From Chrysomallon squamiferum (taxonomy: Eukaryota; Animalia; Mollusca): a stretch of 64,000 nucleotides of DNA. The stretch lies in contig CM022679.1 in NCBI GenBank assembly GCA_012295275.1, positions 27,404,001 to 27,468,000 on the forward strand, written 5' to 3'. Positions within the stretch are counted from its first letter, which is position 1. The number at the start of each line of letters is the position of its first letter. This document shows positions 43,988 to 57,655 of the stretch, in pieces. The notes below the pieces were generated by a model, which was not told the origin of the DNA, did no database searches, and worked only from the letters and a program-made list of their open reading frames with translations. The position numbers and the translations under genes are program-made.

Positions 43988-44255
43988 TTTTTTCTTTATC
44001 AAGTCGCACCAAAGTATTACAATTTTGTTCACTAAAATGCAGTTAGAAAATTGTTTCAAGAGGGAGGCTAGACGATAACAGGTCAGTGAAAGCACTCAAA
44101 CCCAACACTCCCGCAAACAGGAACATGTAACTTTGTTGAGAAAAATGGAATTTTGAAAGTGAACAAACTTGAGTTTAAAAGTCCATTCAGTTATATTGTT
44201 ATGTCCTAAGCAACAAACAAACATGTCCTTAATGTCACAGTTTGCTCTGTGCGTT

Positions 44256-44317
<62 letters not shown>

Positions 44318-44359
44318 GAACGAACCTATTATTCAGCTTTCTGACATCAGGAAATAACA

Positions 44360-44845
44360 AACAAAAACGGTTTTCGGTTGATGTTTTTTTTTTTTTTTTA
44401 AACTGGGCAGTTGTGAATTTCGCGGTTTGGCTGTAGTTCGAAGGGCAGCTACTCTGGCTGAGTATTGGGGGCGCACTTGTGAACGGCGCCAAATACAGAG
44501 CAACAGCTGTTATGTATAGGTGATCCTCTGACAGTTACGTGATTATGTGTAGTAATTTATCGTAATTTTCATTTATACCTATGTCTAAAAGGCCAGCAGA
44601 AACGCAACATGGTAGGAAAAAGCAAAAAGGAAACATTTAGCGTTCATTATTAAATGGATTAATAAAGGTCGAAGAGGCACTGGTTTAGATATTTATTAAT
44701 TCATATCTGTCAAAGAAAGTTTTTTTTTTTTTTTTTTTCTTTTCATTGTTTATTTTATATTTCAAGTTTATATTTAACAAAAGGGGAAAATCCAGAAATG
44801 TGGCAAACCTCTCAAGCTTGTCAGATAAATTGTGCGGTACCCATG
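44360..44845. repeat. Dispersed repeat, copy 2 (related to 1075-1360), upstream of unit A
   Basis: Collinear shared blocks, listed under copy 1. Confidence 0.5.
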
Positions 44846-45273
44846 TATATATTATGTATATATATATATATATGTCTGTTTTATGTAACATATATGACAA
44901 CTATAATCAATAACATTTAAAAAAAAAAAGATATATTCTCAGTAAAGTTACATAAACTTGGGCTCAGTCTGTTGTCACAACAAAATATTTAGCACTGAAG
45001 AAAATATATATATATATTTTTTAGCTAAAATATAAAATATAAAATAAACGACAGTGAAAGGAAATAGAAGAAGATAGTGAGTGAATGAAAATGAAATGAA
45101 TGAAATGAATGAATTTAAAAGTGATTGAAACAAAACAAAGCTAGAGAGAGAGAGAGAGAGATATAAAGGGATTCAGCAAAAAAGAAAAAAGGTAATTAAA
45201 GCATGGTGAATTTGCAAGTCAAAGTTATTTATTTTTTCTTGTAATGTACACACCACTGATTAAAATACACAAT

Positions 45274-45545
45274 AGTACAGTGTTATTAATTGAAAAACAG
45301 TAAAATAAATAACCCCAAATACACAGCAGTACAGTGTTATTAATTGAAAAACAGTAAAATAAATAACTCAAAATAACAGCAGTGCAGTGTTATTAATTGA
45401 AAAACAGTAAAATAAATAACCCCAAATACACAGCAGTACAGTGTTATTAACTGAAAAACAGTAAAATAAATAACCCAAAATATACAGCAGTACAGTGTTA
45501 TTAATTGAAAAACAGTAAAATAAATAACCCAAAATACACAGCAGA
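45274..45545. repeat. ~54-bp minisatellite, about 5 copies, downstream of unit B
   Basis: agtacagtgttattaattgaaaaacagtaaaataaataaccccaaatacacagc repeated. Confidence 0.9.
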
Positions 45546-46637
45546 ACACATTAATTGAACAAAAACAGTTATTAATTGAAAAAACAAAAAAAAACGACCC
45601 AAAAAAATAGCAGAGTGTTATTAATTACAACCAAAAAACAAAAAAATATATCGTGGTTGAACACATTACTGAACAAAAACAGTAAACTAAATAGCAAACA
45701 GATATACAACCATATAAAAATATATTTGCAATAATTAACATTAAAATTAACACTATATAACTGTCTTTTTTTTTTACTTTTTACATTCAGAAATATTTAT
45801 GAATATATAAAAAATGAATAACAAAAGAATAAAGCCAAGTTTGTATTTATGTTCTAATATCATTATTTTGGCTAAGAAAATTCAAAACAGTTCCTTCTGT
45901 TTGATAATATACAAAGAATAATAAATAAATAAATAAATAAACAAACAAATCAAATGTTTAAAAATAAAAAAGAGTCAAAAAAAAATACTAAAAGAAAGAA
46001 AATGAATTTCTTTTCAATAATCTTCCAAAATATTTTACACTACCCAAATTACTTCTTTGGTGATATGTATATTTTAAAAACTTTTTAACAATTAAATAAA
46101 TGTCCTGAAAGGACATGCATACTAAACATACAAATCCAACATATCCTCATACTTAATTATATATAGAGATTAAACAAAAAATTCCATAATCCTCTTAATA
46201 AAACATGATCTAGTGATAATAAAATATTGTACTAGTGAAACAACAATAAAACAAATTTTCATAATCATCTTATTAAAGTGTTAATGAACACTGCAGTAGT
46301 AAAACAATAATACATTATTTCCATAATTCTTTTAATAAAAATTTAACAAATACTCTGTTAGGATAAAAATAATTTTAAAAATGTCATTAAAGCTCTTGTT
46401 AAAACATTAACAAATACTCTGTTAGGATAAAAATAATTTTAAAAGTTCCATAATTCTCTTAATAAAACATTAGATATACTCTAGTAGTATAAAGATAATT
46501 TATAAAATTTCATTAATCCTCTTGATAAAACACGATCAAATGCTGCATTGGTATAACAGCAATAAGAATAATCCACAATCCTCTTAATAAAATATTAAAA
46601 ATCCTCTTAACAATGCATTATATAATCCTCAGCAGTT

Positions 46638-49600
46638 TTATTTGGTTTTTGTTGTCACTTTGTTTTTCGGAATTGATTTGTGTACAGTGCGTTTGACCTT
46701 GACATTTTCAAGTTTATGAATGCATTTGTAGAGGGCATCACAAATACTGAACCACTTTGACTGAGTAACATCAGATGTCAAATCAAGATGGTTGGTCACG
46801 TAGGCCCATCCAACTTTGTACTTAGTGTCTGCTGCAGCATACTGTCCTCCATATCCCCCATGTCCAAACATGTAGTACATCTGAACAAAAAAATTAATTT
46901 TAAAAATATTAGAAAAAAAATTCTAATAAAATAATCATAAAAAAATAATGATTATAAAAAAAATAAAATAAAAATGTATCAGTTAAAAATTTAGATAACA
47001 AAGAGAAGATAACTCTGCTCTCATAATTTAATTATGTGTTGCTTTTACCTCATCATTTTCAACTACTGGTAGCAGAGTCATGCCCAGACTGTAAACATTG
47101 TCCATGCTGTTTGACATGTCCGTTCCCTTTGACAACGGCTCCTGAAGTAGTTTAGTCACCTCTCCAGAGAGAATCCTCGTTCCCTCAGCATCTGTCCCAT
47201 TACCTAGGATACCATGAAGCTTAGCAACAGCTTTCGCAGTTCCAATCCCATGAGAGGAGCCAACAGGAAGTTCCATAAAGGCTGGATCCTGCATTAGCTC
47301 TATCTGTTAGTTGTAGACAGAAAAAAAAAAAGAGTAAAATCATACATTTCTATGTATGGTTACATATCAAAATTATATATAGAAACAGTCTGATATGTAA
47401 CCATACATAGGAATCTTTTGCATGACTACCATTTGCATCAATCATTTTTCAAACAGTTATTAAAACAAACAAATATCATGACACTGTTCAAAAAAGAAGA
47501 AAAAAAAAAGAAGAAAAACAAACACAAAAAAACAAAACAAACAAAAAACGGTGACAATCTGACAACACTGCATCTACTCAAGGAAAAGACAGGCATCATT
47601 TGAGCTTTGTTGAAAAAAGAATAACTTCTGTGTGTAACTTACTCATCTCCAGTCTAATGGATTTCTGAAAATGTGCTGGATGATGTTCTTGTCCTTTAAA
47701 GTCTTCTCTAAACCGATTATAATATTTCTTAGTTTCCTCTGTGTTTATCACCAAGCGCACCACACGATACTGCTCAGACTTTGGCAAGCCAATGTGAAAG
47801 TCTATGTCTGTATAATGTCAAACAGCTGCGAATACAGTCTAGTTCATTTTTTTAAAAGGTTGTTTGATTGCGACTTTCAAAGACCATTGAATACAGTCTA
47901 GGTAAATTTTCAATGGTTATTTGATTGTTATTAAGAGAGACCTGATTTTTTTATATCCTTTAAAGTCTTCTCTAAACCGATTATAATAATTTTCTTAGTT
48001 TCCTCTGTTTTTACCACCAACCTTGTAACACGATGCTGCACAGACCTTGGCAAGTTTTGTTGAAAAAAATAGAATAACTTCTGTGTGTAACTTACCCGTC
48101 TGCAGTCTCTTGAATCTCTGAAAATTTGCATGACGGTGTTTGGATCTCCTTTGAAATCTTCGTTACTTTTCTCAGCCTCTATCTTCAACCGAGTCACTCG
48201 ATGCTGCTCAGACTTTGGCAAGCCAATGTGAAAGTCTATGTCTGTATAATGTCAAACAGCTTTGAATACAGCCTAATTCATTTTTTTCAAAAGATTATTT
48301 GACCGTTACAGATTGTGAGTTTAAAAGCGTACTGAATACATTTTAATTGTTGAAAGGTAATTTGATTATTATATTAAAATAGCACTGACTGCAGTCTAGT
48401 TCATTTTAAAAAACATTTTATTTGTCATATTTGTGACAATTAAAAGAGAACTGAATACAGTTCAGTTCAATCTTTAAGTTAAATAGTTATCTGAACACAG
48501 ATTGTAAATATTAAAAGAATGAAATAATCAATATTTGTTTAATATCAATCATCTTTAGGTGGTTAAAGATAAATATCTAAATCTCTTCTCTGATAAAAAC
48601 TTAGTTTCTAAACAAAAAAGAACAAAAAATTGTTTTGGGCGGGGGTGTCTTTAGCATACATAACATTAAGTTAATCCTTTATGATTTACAATAATATTAG
48701 CTATAAATAAAATTTATTAAATTATCTCTACTTTATTGTAAAATAAATATTCTGCTTACTGCAAGCAAAACAACAAGAAGAACAAAAAAAAAAAAAAAAA
48801 AAAACAAAACAAATCAACAAAACAAACCAGCCTTTTCAAAAATTCTTTGATTTGTTTCATCTGTATTGTAAAATCAAATTTTTAGTCTGAAAATAAAAAA
48901 AATTCACTTACTGAAAGGTTCAGCAATTTCTTCTTTGAAGTACTGAGACAAACCTCGTTGTTTTGGATCAGTTCTTCTCACTATCTGGTCAAGGTAGAGG
49001 GCAAATGCCAGAGGATGGTAGCCATGCTTTGTTCCTGTCACAGTGCAAACAAATATCAGCATCAATATATTTATATAGATGTGAATTCACAAAACATGAT
49101 TACACACACAGTGACATATAGACATACATACATCCTGGAAATCAGTTAATATGCAAAGTAATATACAACTACATTTGATTAACCCTTTCAGAGCCAATGT
49201 TGGGTGTAACACATACTTCGCAGGTATTTTGGGGAAAATTATATCTGGGCTTAATTTAAATTAGTGTGTTAAGTCATTCTTGCAGCATTCTGGCATTTCA
49301 AGAGATCTTGTCAGTGGTAGTCTTCTAGCACGTTGAGATACAGTGGTACCTCGGGTTACGAACGCCTCGAAGCACGAATAAACTGGATTACCAACCGCGA
49401 TCTTTGGCAATTTTTGTCTTGGTTTACGAATAATGTCCTGAGTTACGAACTACAAGGATGCGCCACGACAATATTTCTTTTGACGTCGGTTTTGACGTCG
49501 GATTATCTAGTAAAGATAAGAATAGATGCTTACTTTAAGACTGAAGTCAAAATAAAGATTATAGCAAAAATATATATCATGAATTAGGGTCTTTAGTCTT

Positions 49601-50178
49601 CGATATGCAGTTGCAGCTCAATAGCTTTTGCATTCAGATTGTGTGATCGCATCTTTTAAAGTGTTGCTGCTCTTATGTGTATATTTTTTTTATTATACCC
49701 TATCCAATATGGCGCCCAAGAAAACAAAAACTGAAAGCAAAAATGCTGATGGAAAGTACAAACGTATCACAGTAGAGGTTAAGAAAGAAATAATTGCAAA
49801 ACACGACAGTGGCGTTAGTGTGTCTGACATCGCTTCGGTTTGCGAACCGAGTTCTTGAACGAATTAAGTTCATAACCCGAGGATCCACTGTATATGTCAA
49901 AGTGCACTGAAAGGGTTAAAAAAACTGATTAAAACTTTTATGATGCTTTTTTTGTTGTTGTTGAAAACACTCATTTGGCAAAAAAAAATTATGTTATTTT
50001 TTTAACATACAGAAGGTCAAAGCCAGTGTTTTTTGAAAATGCACAGTTTGCATAGTTACCTGGTGCCCATAATGGTTTCTGATCAGCTAATAGTCTACTC
50101 AACTCATTTTTATTATCGTTAATCCAGGATAATTCATAATCTGTGTATAGATCTGGTAGGCCAGCCTGAACATAGAAA

Positions 50179-50236
<58 letters not shown>

Positions 50237-51453
50237 GATAAATAAATATATATTTTTTAAATTAATAACATATCTGTAATTTAAATCAGTTTATAATTAC
50301 GAATGGATAATGGAGATTTCACATTTGCATATTATATTTTAGAGTTAATTTTGTCAAACTGAAATAGTATCAGATTTGTAGAATTTTGATGAGTTCATTT
50401 GGAAGAACATCTGCTTCAAAGCTGGAGAAAGGTACTGGAAGAAAATGGCACAGATATCACTCAGTAGATGTATGTATTAATATCTAAATATTTTCTTTGA
50501 ATTTCAGTTTAAAAAAAAATCCTGATGATTTTTGTTCTGATCCAATGCTTTTAAAAGTAACACAAAACATCCTAGCACTCTGCTTTTAACATATTTAATT
50601 ATATTAATTCAGTGTAGCATTTCACTCAAATCTAAGGTGTAGCACTAACTTCTAATTGCTAATTATCTTGTAAAATGTTTTTGCTGACAGTTTACTAGAT
50701 ATCAATATATGTGAAACATTTGCTATTTTAGATCTCATCACTGTCATGCAGAAGGGAGGGGCTGTGGGTGTAATGGCTCCATCAGGGGTGGGAGGAATTC
50801 ATCTCCAAAGAGTGAAATAAAATAAATATGTTGTCCATTCTGCTCTTGATTCCTCCAAGCTGGCGCTTAAATTAGTTAATGTGGCTAATTTACATTTAAT
50901 TTGAATAAAAAAATTATTTCATCAGTTTTTGCTTTTCTTACATGTTCAAGATGTCTTTCTTTTACACATTTGTCAGTACTAGCCATTGAACTTGAGTCTT
51001 GTGGACACAGTTAAAGATTTGGCCTCAGACTTCACCAAACCTCTGCATGCCACCAGATCTCCACAACTCAGAGCCATTGAACAGAAAGAAATATAGCTGA
51101 GACAGAGAAACTGTTTTTTGTTTTATTAAAGAGACAACAGAAACAAACAGATATATGGACGATATGGAGGAAGGGTGAAAAGATAAAATATTTAAATTTA
51201 TTTTTATTCTTATACAATATTCTTACAGTTATTCCTTCTTTTTGTCAGTTCTGGGTATTTCTTAGTTCTCACAAAATGCAGAATACAAAATAAAACAGTT
51301 AATAATTTATTAAATTATCCTTACCTGACTGCTGAGGAACATTTTCAGAGTTATCTCCTCCTTTCCATTTTGAGCAAATTCAGGCCAGTGTTTGCATATT
51401 TTATCTTCATAACTTAATTTTCCTCTGGAAAATTAAAATGGTTTAAAAAAACC

Positions 51454-51487
<34 letters not shown>

Positions 51488-51723
51488 AAAAAAAAAAAAA
51501 ACATTGAAAGGATCCAATTCAAAACTGATTTAAAATGTGATTTATCAATATTTTGGAGTACTTATAAGATAACAGGCAAATTATAAAAGTCGAGAGCTGC
51601 TTTGATAAATTCCACTAAAAATCAGAACTTGAGATTTTGGATAAAGATTTAAACCTATTGCTGACAGATGGTATATAAAAATGGTACATAAATTATTATA
51701 TGTACCATTTTTATCACTTCATT

Positions 51724-51818
<95 letters not shown>

Positions 51819-52767
51819 CAAAGATAGATGTAGATAGATACACATGTGTGTTTGCATGTATCTCTGTGGGTATGTACTTTTCTATATATATATATGTGTG
51901 TGTGTGTGCATGTATGTAACTCTGATACCTGTGTACCAAGTGTGCTATGACGACAGCTGATGCACTAATTGTGGTTGAGAAGAAGAAACTCAGAGTGGTT
52001 TTTTCCCAGAGTCTCCGCTCCTGAGGGTCTGCCAGCCCAGCCCACAGGTTGACAACCAGTTCTCCACGGTAATACGCAGCAAAACTTCCTCCTCGTTCTA
52101 TCCCTTTCTTCAAGTTATCTCTGCAGTTAGTTTAGAATATACTATTAAATATTCTTTAAAATTAGGATTTTATGTTAAGCATCTTATAATATAATTGTTT
52201 TTAATTACTTAATTTTAAAAGTTAGTATTTGAAATCCCAATAAAAATAAAGATAAAAATAAAAATAGGATATGATTTGGGTTTTATATCATGTAGAGTAC
52301 GATATTATTAGTTCTATTTAAATAATTCTGTTTGAAAGTTAATATTTTGAATCCAAATACATATAAAAATAAAATTAGGATATGAATGGGGTTTTATACG
52401 ATGCAGATTATGAAATTAGTTTTATTTAGTTAATTACTTTTAACAGTTAATATTTTAAATCGAATTAAAAATAAAAATAGAATAGTTAATATTTTGAATC
52501 CATGTATATGAAAATAGAAATATAAATGGGATAATACTGAGGTGTCAAATCAGATAAACTATATTAGTTTTATTTTTTAATTCTTTTTGATAGTTAATAA
52601 TCTTTTGAACTGAAATTCATGTCCATAAATTAAGAAAAAATAGGATAAAAGAAAAAGAATTATTGTAAGTATTTATTAATGTGATGCAAGAAATGAGAAA
52701 CTGTTTACTTGAAAGTTTGTTCAACATATTCAAATCCTTTTTTCACATAGCCATGAAGTTTTTGTTC
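46638..52767 (-). CDS. Beta-lactamase-fold unit B (no start exons; SxxK changed to STTI); exons 52709-52767, 51929-52120, 51325-51424, 50060-50165, 48912-49034, 48096-48241, 47049-47303, 46638-46880
   Basis: Exon-by-exon paralogue of unit A exons 3-10. Open frame and intact GT-AG sites when exon 48096-48241 is used. It keeps the full A-type C-terminus. Confidence 0.7.
47643..48055 (-). pseudogene. Extra, disabled copies of exon 8 inside unit B (47643-47807 A-type with 2-nt deletion and CGA>TGA; partial copy at about 47945-48055)
   Basis: Near-identical to 39230-39530 including flanking intron, but aaaggacaag replaces aaaggagacaag and the exon ends AGA TGA. The partial copy reads [21 protein letters not shown]. 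Confidence 0.8.
49183..49915. mobile_element. piggyBac-like MITE in unit B intron 6, hosting a nested Tigger element
   Basis: TTAA-CCCTTTCAGAGC...GCACTGAAAGGG-TTAA: TIRs start with CCC and the TSD is TTAA. Confidence 0.75.
49341..49890 (+). mobile_element. Tigger/pogo (Tc1-mariner) deletion derivative
   Basis: TA-CAGTGGTACCTCGGGTTACGAAC...GTTCATAACCCGAGGATCCACTG-TA. It carries a transposase N-terminal HTH fragment from ATG 49709: [42 protein letters not shown]. Confidence 0.9.
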
Positions 52768-52960
52768 CTAATAAAAAAAAACAGTTATTAATAATTCATT
52801 CATTCACCTTAGGAAGAATTACAAGCTCACTTATTTCTATTTTCTTCAGAAATATATTAATACATATATAATAAAAAATTAAAATTAAAATTAAAAGGAT
52901 AGGTAGGTATCAGTTATTACTGGAGTAATTTATGGCTATGTATTAAAATTATATGAAAAA

Positions 52961-53007
<47 letters not shown>

Positions 53008-53634
53008 AATGTTCAAAAATAACAAAAGTCAAAGATATTAAAATAAAGAAACATAACTTCTTTTCAATCATCTGCTAAAATTTATTACACTCTCGAAATA
53101 TTTCTATTAAAAGAATTTATCAGAGCAGTGTCAGATATTAGTTTATTTCATCTCGTATATATATTTTAAAAACTTTTTAACAATTAAATAAAGGGCCTGA
53201 AAGGACATGCATTGAGAAAGAAACAAAACCAACATATCCTCATACCCTATGTTTTATACAAATAAAACAAAAAATTCCATAATCCTCCGAATACAACATT
53301 AACAAGTATTGTAGGAGTTAAACAATAATGATAAAAAATTATTTCATAATCCTGTTAATAAAGCCTTAATGAACAATGCAATAGTATAACAATAATACAT
53401 TTTTGTCCATAATCCTGTTAATAAACATTTAACAAATATTCTGTTTGTATAAGAATAATTAAAATAATTTCATTAATCCTCTTGTTAGAACATTAACAAA
53501 TACTCTGTTAGTATAAAAATAATTTTGAAAAATTCCTTAATCCTCTTAATAAAACATTAATGAACACTGCAGTAGTATAACAATAATACATTTTTTCCCA
53601 TCATTCTGTTAATAAAGATTTAGTAAATACTCTG

Positions 53635-56600
53635 CTAGGGATTGACCTCCTGTTTTTTAAGTTCATCAATACATCTGTACAGAGCTTTACATAAACTGAA
53701 CCACTTTGACTGAGTAACACCAGATGTCAAGTCAAGATGGTTGGTCACGTAGGCCCATCCAACTTGGTACTTAGTGTCTGCCGCAGCGTACTGTCCTCCA
53801 TATCCCCCATGTCCAAACATCTGAACAAATAAAATATTTTAAAATTTCATATATATATATTTAGGTAAAAAAAAAAACAGTTTAAGTTTTTTGTTTAATC
53901 AGTTAATAGTTATAAAACTAAGAGAAAACTATTCTGCTCTTATCATTTAAGTATATATTCCTTTTACCTCATTATCTTGACCTAGTGGAACATCCGTTTC
54001 CCAGAATTTCTGTTCCTGAAGTAATTTAGTCACGTGTGGAGAGAGAATCCTCTTTCCCTTATCATTTGACCCGTTACCTAGGATACCATGAAGCTTTGCA
54101 ACAGCTTCAGCAGTTCCAACCCATGAGTAGAGCCAACCGGAAGTTCCATAAAATTTGGGTCCTGCATCACCTTTGTGTGTTAGATGTAAAAAATATATAT
54201 ATATATACATACATACATATACATACACATACATACTGATATTGTTGAAAAGTTATGAAAACAAATAAAATCACAACACACTTCCAAAAAACCAGTGACC
54301 CCACAGTTTACCTGACAACAGTGCATCTACTCAAAACCAAACAACAACAACAACAATAAAAAAAAAAACCAACAACAAAAAGAACAAAAAAAATAAATAA
54401 ATAAAAAAAAGGAATAAAAGAAAACACAAAACAACACTATTAGAGAATTGTTGAAAAAATAATAATTTCTGTGTCTAGCTTACTCGTCTGCAGTCTCTTG
54501 GATTTCTGAAAAGGCGCTGGACCATTTTAAAGGCTTCTCTAAACCGACAATGTTTCTTAGTTTCCACTTCTTTTACCACCAATCGGTACTGCTCAGACTT
54601 TGGCAAGCCAATGTGAAAGTCTATCTCTGAATAATGTCAAACAGCTGTGAATACAGTCTAGTCAATTTTTTAAAAGGTGGTTTAATATCTCTCATCTTTG
54701 GATATATATAATAAGAAAATTGTTTCGTTGCCAATTTTATTAATTAGCAAGACATCTTTTATAAACAGCATACCAGAAACTGTGAAGCTTATTAGATTTT
54801 GTTTTTCTTATCCAGATGAAAGTTATACAGGAATTAATCTAAATATCATCTCTGATCAAAACTTCGTTTGTATGCATCAAATAATTAAAAATCGTACCGG
54901 GGTGGGGGTGGGGGCGGATTTTTGGCATACATAATCAGTGCATAACCCAACTAAAATAAAGAGGAATTAATGTAAGCAACATAGCATTAATGTGTTCAAG
55001 AAACACAATATTTTTATCACTTAAAATACAGTTTCATTCTTTATTTTTTCAATGTTTCTTTCATATTTTAAGTAAAGATTTTTATATAAAGGACCCTCTG
55101 AATTTACTTCACTAGTGTATAAATGAACATAATCTCACAATATTAGCCAGAATTATATAATATTTTATGATTTATCAAAGATTTAGTGACAAATAATATT
55201 CATTAATTTATATCAGTTTTATTATAATATAAATATTCTGGCTTACTGCAAGCAAAAAAAGAAGAACATAAAAAAAAAGAAAGTAAAAAATAAGAAAACA
55301 AATCGTTTCATAAATTCTTTGATTTGTTTGAAATGTTTTGTAAAATCGAGTTTTCTAAGAAAATACAAATTCACTTACTGAAAGGTTCAGCAATTTCTTC
55401 TTTGAAGTACTGAGACAAACTTCGATGTTTAGGGTCAGTTCTTCTCACTATCTGGTCAATGTAGAGAACAAATGTCAGTGGATTGCAGCCATGTTTTGTT
55501 CCTGTCACATGAAAGCAAATATCAGGTTCAAGATATTTATATAGATGTGAATTTACAAAACATGATTACAGATATAGTGACATACAGACATACATACATC
55601 CTGGAAATCATTTCATATGCAAAGTAATATACAACTACCATTGATTAACCCTTTCCGAGCCAAAGTTCGGTGGAATGTTAAGTCATTCTTGAAACATTCT
55701 GGCATTTCAAGAGATCTTGTCAGTGGTAGTCTTCTAGCACGTTGAGATACAGTGGTACCTCGGGTTACGAACGCCTCGAAGCACGAACAAATTCGATTAC
55801 CAACCGCGATCTTTGGCAATTTGTGTCTCGGTTTACGAATAATGTCCCGACTTACGAACTACAAGGACGCGCCACGAGAAGCTTTCTTTTGACGTCGGTT
55901 TTGACGTCAACATCTAGTAAAGATAAGAATAGATGCTTACGTTAAGTCTGAACTCAAAATAAAGATTATAGTATGCTCTATAGCAAAAATATATATCATG
56001 AATTAGGGCCTTTAGTCTTCGATACGCAGTTGCAGCTCAATAGCTTTTGCATTCAGATTGTGCGCTCGCATCTTTTAAAGTGTTGCTGCTCTTATGTGTA
56101 TATTTTTTTATTATACCCTATCCAATATGGCGCCAAAGAAAACAAAAAATGAAAGCAAAAATGCTGATGGAAAGTACAAACTTATCACAGTAGAGGTTAA
56201 GAAAGAAATAATTGCAAAACACGACAGTGACGTTCGTGTGTCTGGTATCGCTTCGGTTTGCGAACCGAGTTCTGAAACGAATTAAGTTCATAACTCGAGG
56301 TTCCACTGTATATATCAAAGTGCACTGAAAGGGTTAAGAAAAACTTATTAAAAGTTTTATGATACTTTTTTTGTTGTTGAAAACACTCAGTCAGCAAATC
56401 AATGACATGTAGAAAACAGATATTCGGTAAATCTTTTCTTTTTTTCTTTTTAATATATACAAAGTCAGAGACAGTGTTTTTTAAATGCACAGTTTCCATA
56501 GTTACCTGGTGTCCACAATGGTTTCTTCTCAGCTAATTGTCTACTCAACTCATCTGGATTATCTCTAATGCAGGATAATTCATAATCTCTGTCTTGACCT

Positions 56601-56635
56601 GCTAGGCCAGCCTGAACATAGAAAATAATAATAAT

Positions 56636-56670
<35 letters not shown>

Positions 56671-57556
56671 ATAAATAAATATTTCTTTTAATTTTGTTGT
56701 TCAAGTTTCTCTAGATTTCTCCAAGCTATATATATTAATTAATGTGGCTAATTTACATTTAATTTAAAAATTTTTAAATTTCATCTGTTTTTTCTTTTCT
56801 TATATATTTAAGCTTCTTTTTCTTCTTACAGTTTCTCAATCCTAGATACTTAAGTTGAGTGTTTTGGGTAAAGTTAAAGATTTGTCCTCAGACTTCACCA
56901 AACCTCTACATGCTACTGGATCACAACAACTGTGTAAGAGCCAATGAACAGAAAGAATATAGCTGAGAAAATGTTTTTTGTTTTATTAAAGAGACAAACA
57001 GAAACAAACAGATAGACGGACAGACATGGTGGAAGGTTGAAAAAACTAAATATTTAAATACGCTTTTATTTTTGTACATCATTCTTATTATTATTCCTTC
57101 CTTCTGTCAGCTCTGTTTATTTCTCAGTTCTCACAAAATGCAGAATACAAAATAAAACAGTTAATAATTTACTAAATTATCCTTACCTCATTGCTGAGAA
57201 ACCTTTTCAGAGTTATCTGCTCCTTTCCATTTTGAGCAAATTCAGGCCAGTGTTTGCATATTTTATCTTCATATCTTAAAAAATTTCTGGAAAAGTAAAA
57301 TAAATATAAAAGTTGAAAAATAAGATTATCATAACTGAAAGGATCCATTTCAAAACTGTTTTAAAATGTAATTTATCAATATTTTGGAGTGAATATAAGG
57401 TAACAGATAAACTATAATAGTGTTGACATTCTTTGAAAAATTCCACTAAGAATCAGTAGTTGGGAATTTGGACAAAGATTTAAACCTATTCCTGACTAAA
57501 TGTTTTAGTTTGTTATATGTACCATTTTTATCACTTTATTTATTTTTTTCTTTCCC

Positions 57557-57655
<99 letters not shown>

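Noticed and set aside
49709-49858. Domesticated TIGD/CENP-B-like gene
   Set aside because: Only about 45 aa of the N-terminal HTH lies inside intact TIRs, there is no DDE domain, and it is frameshifted in unit D.
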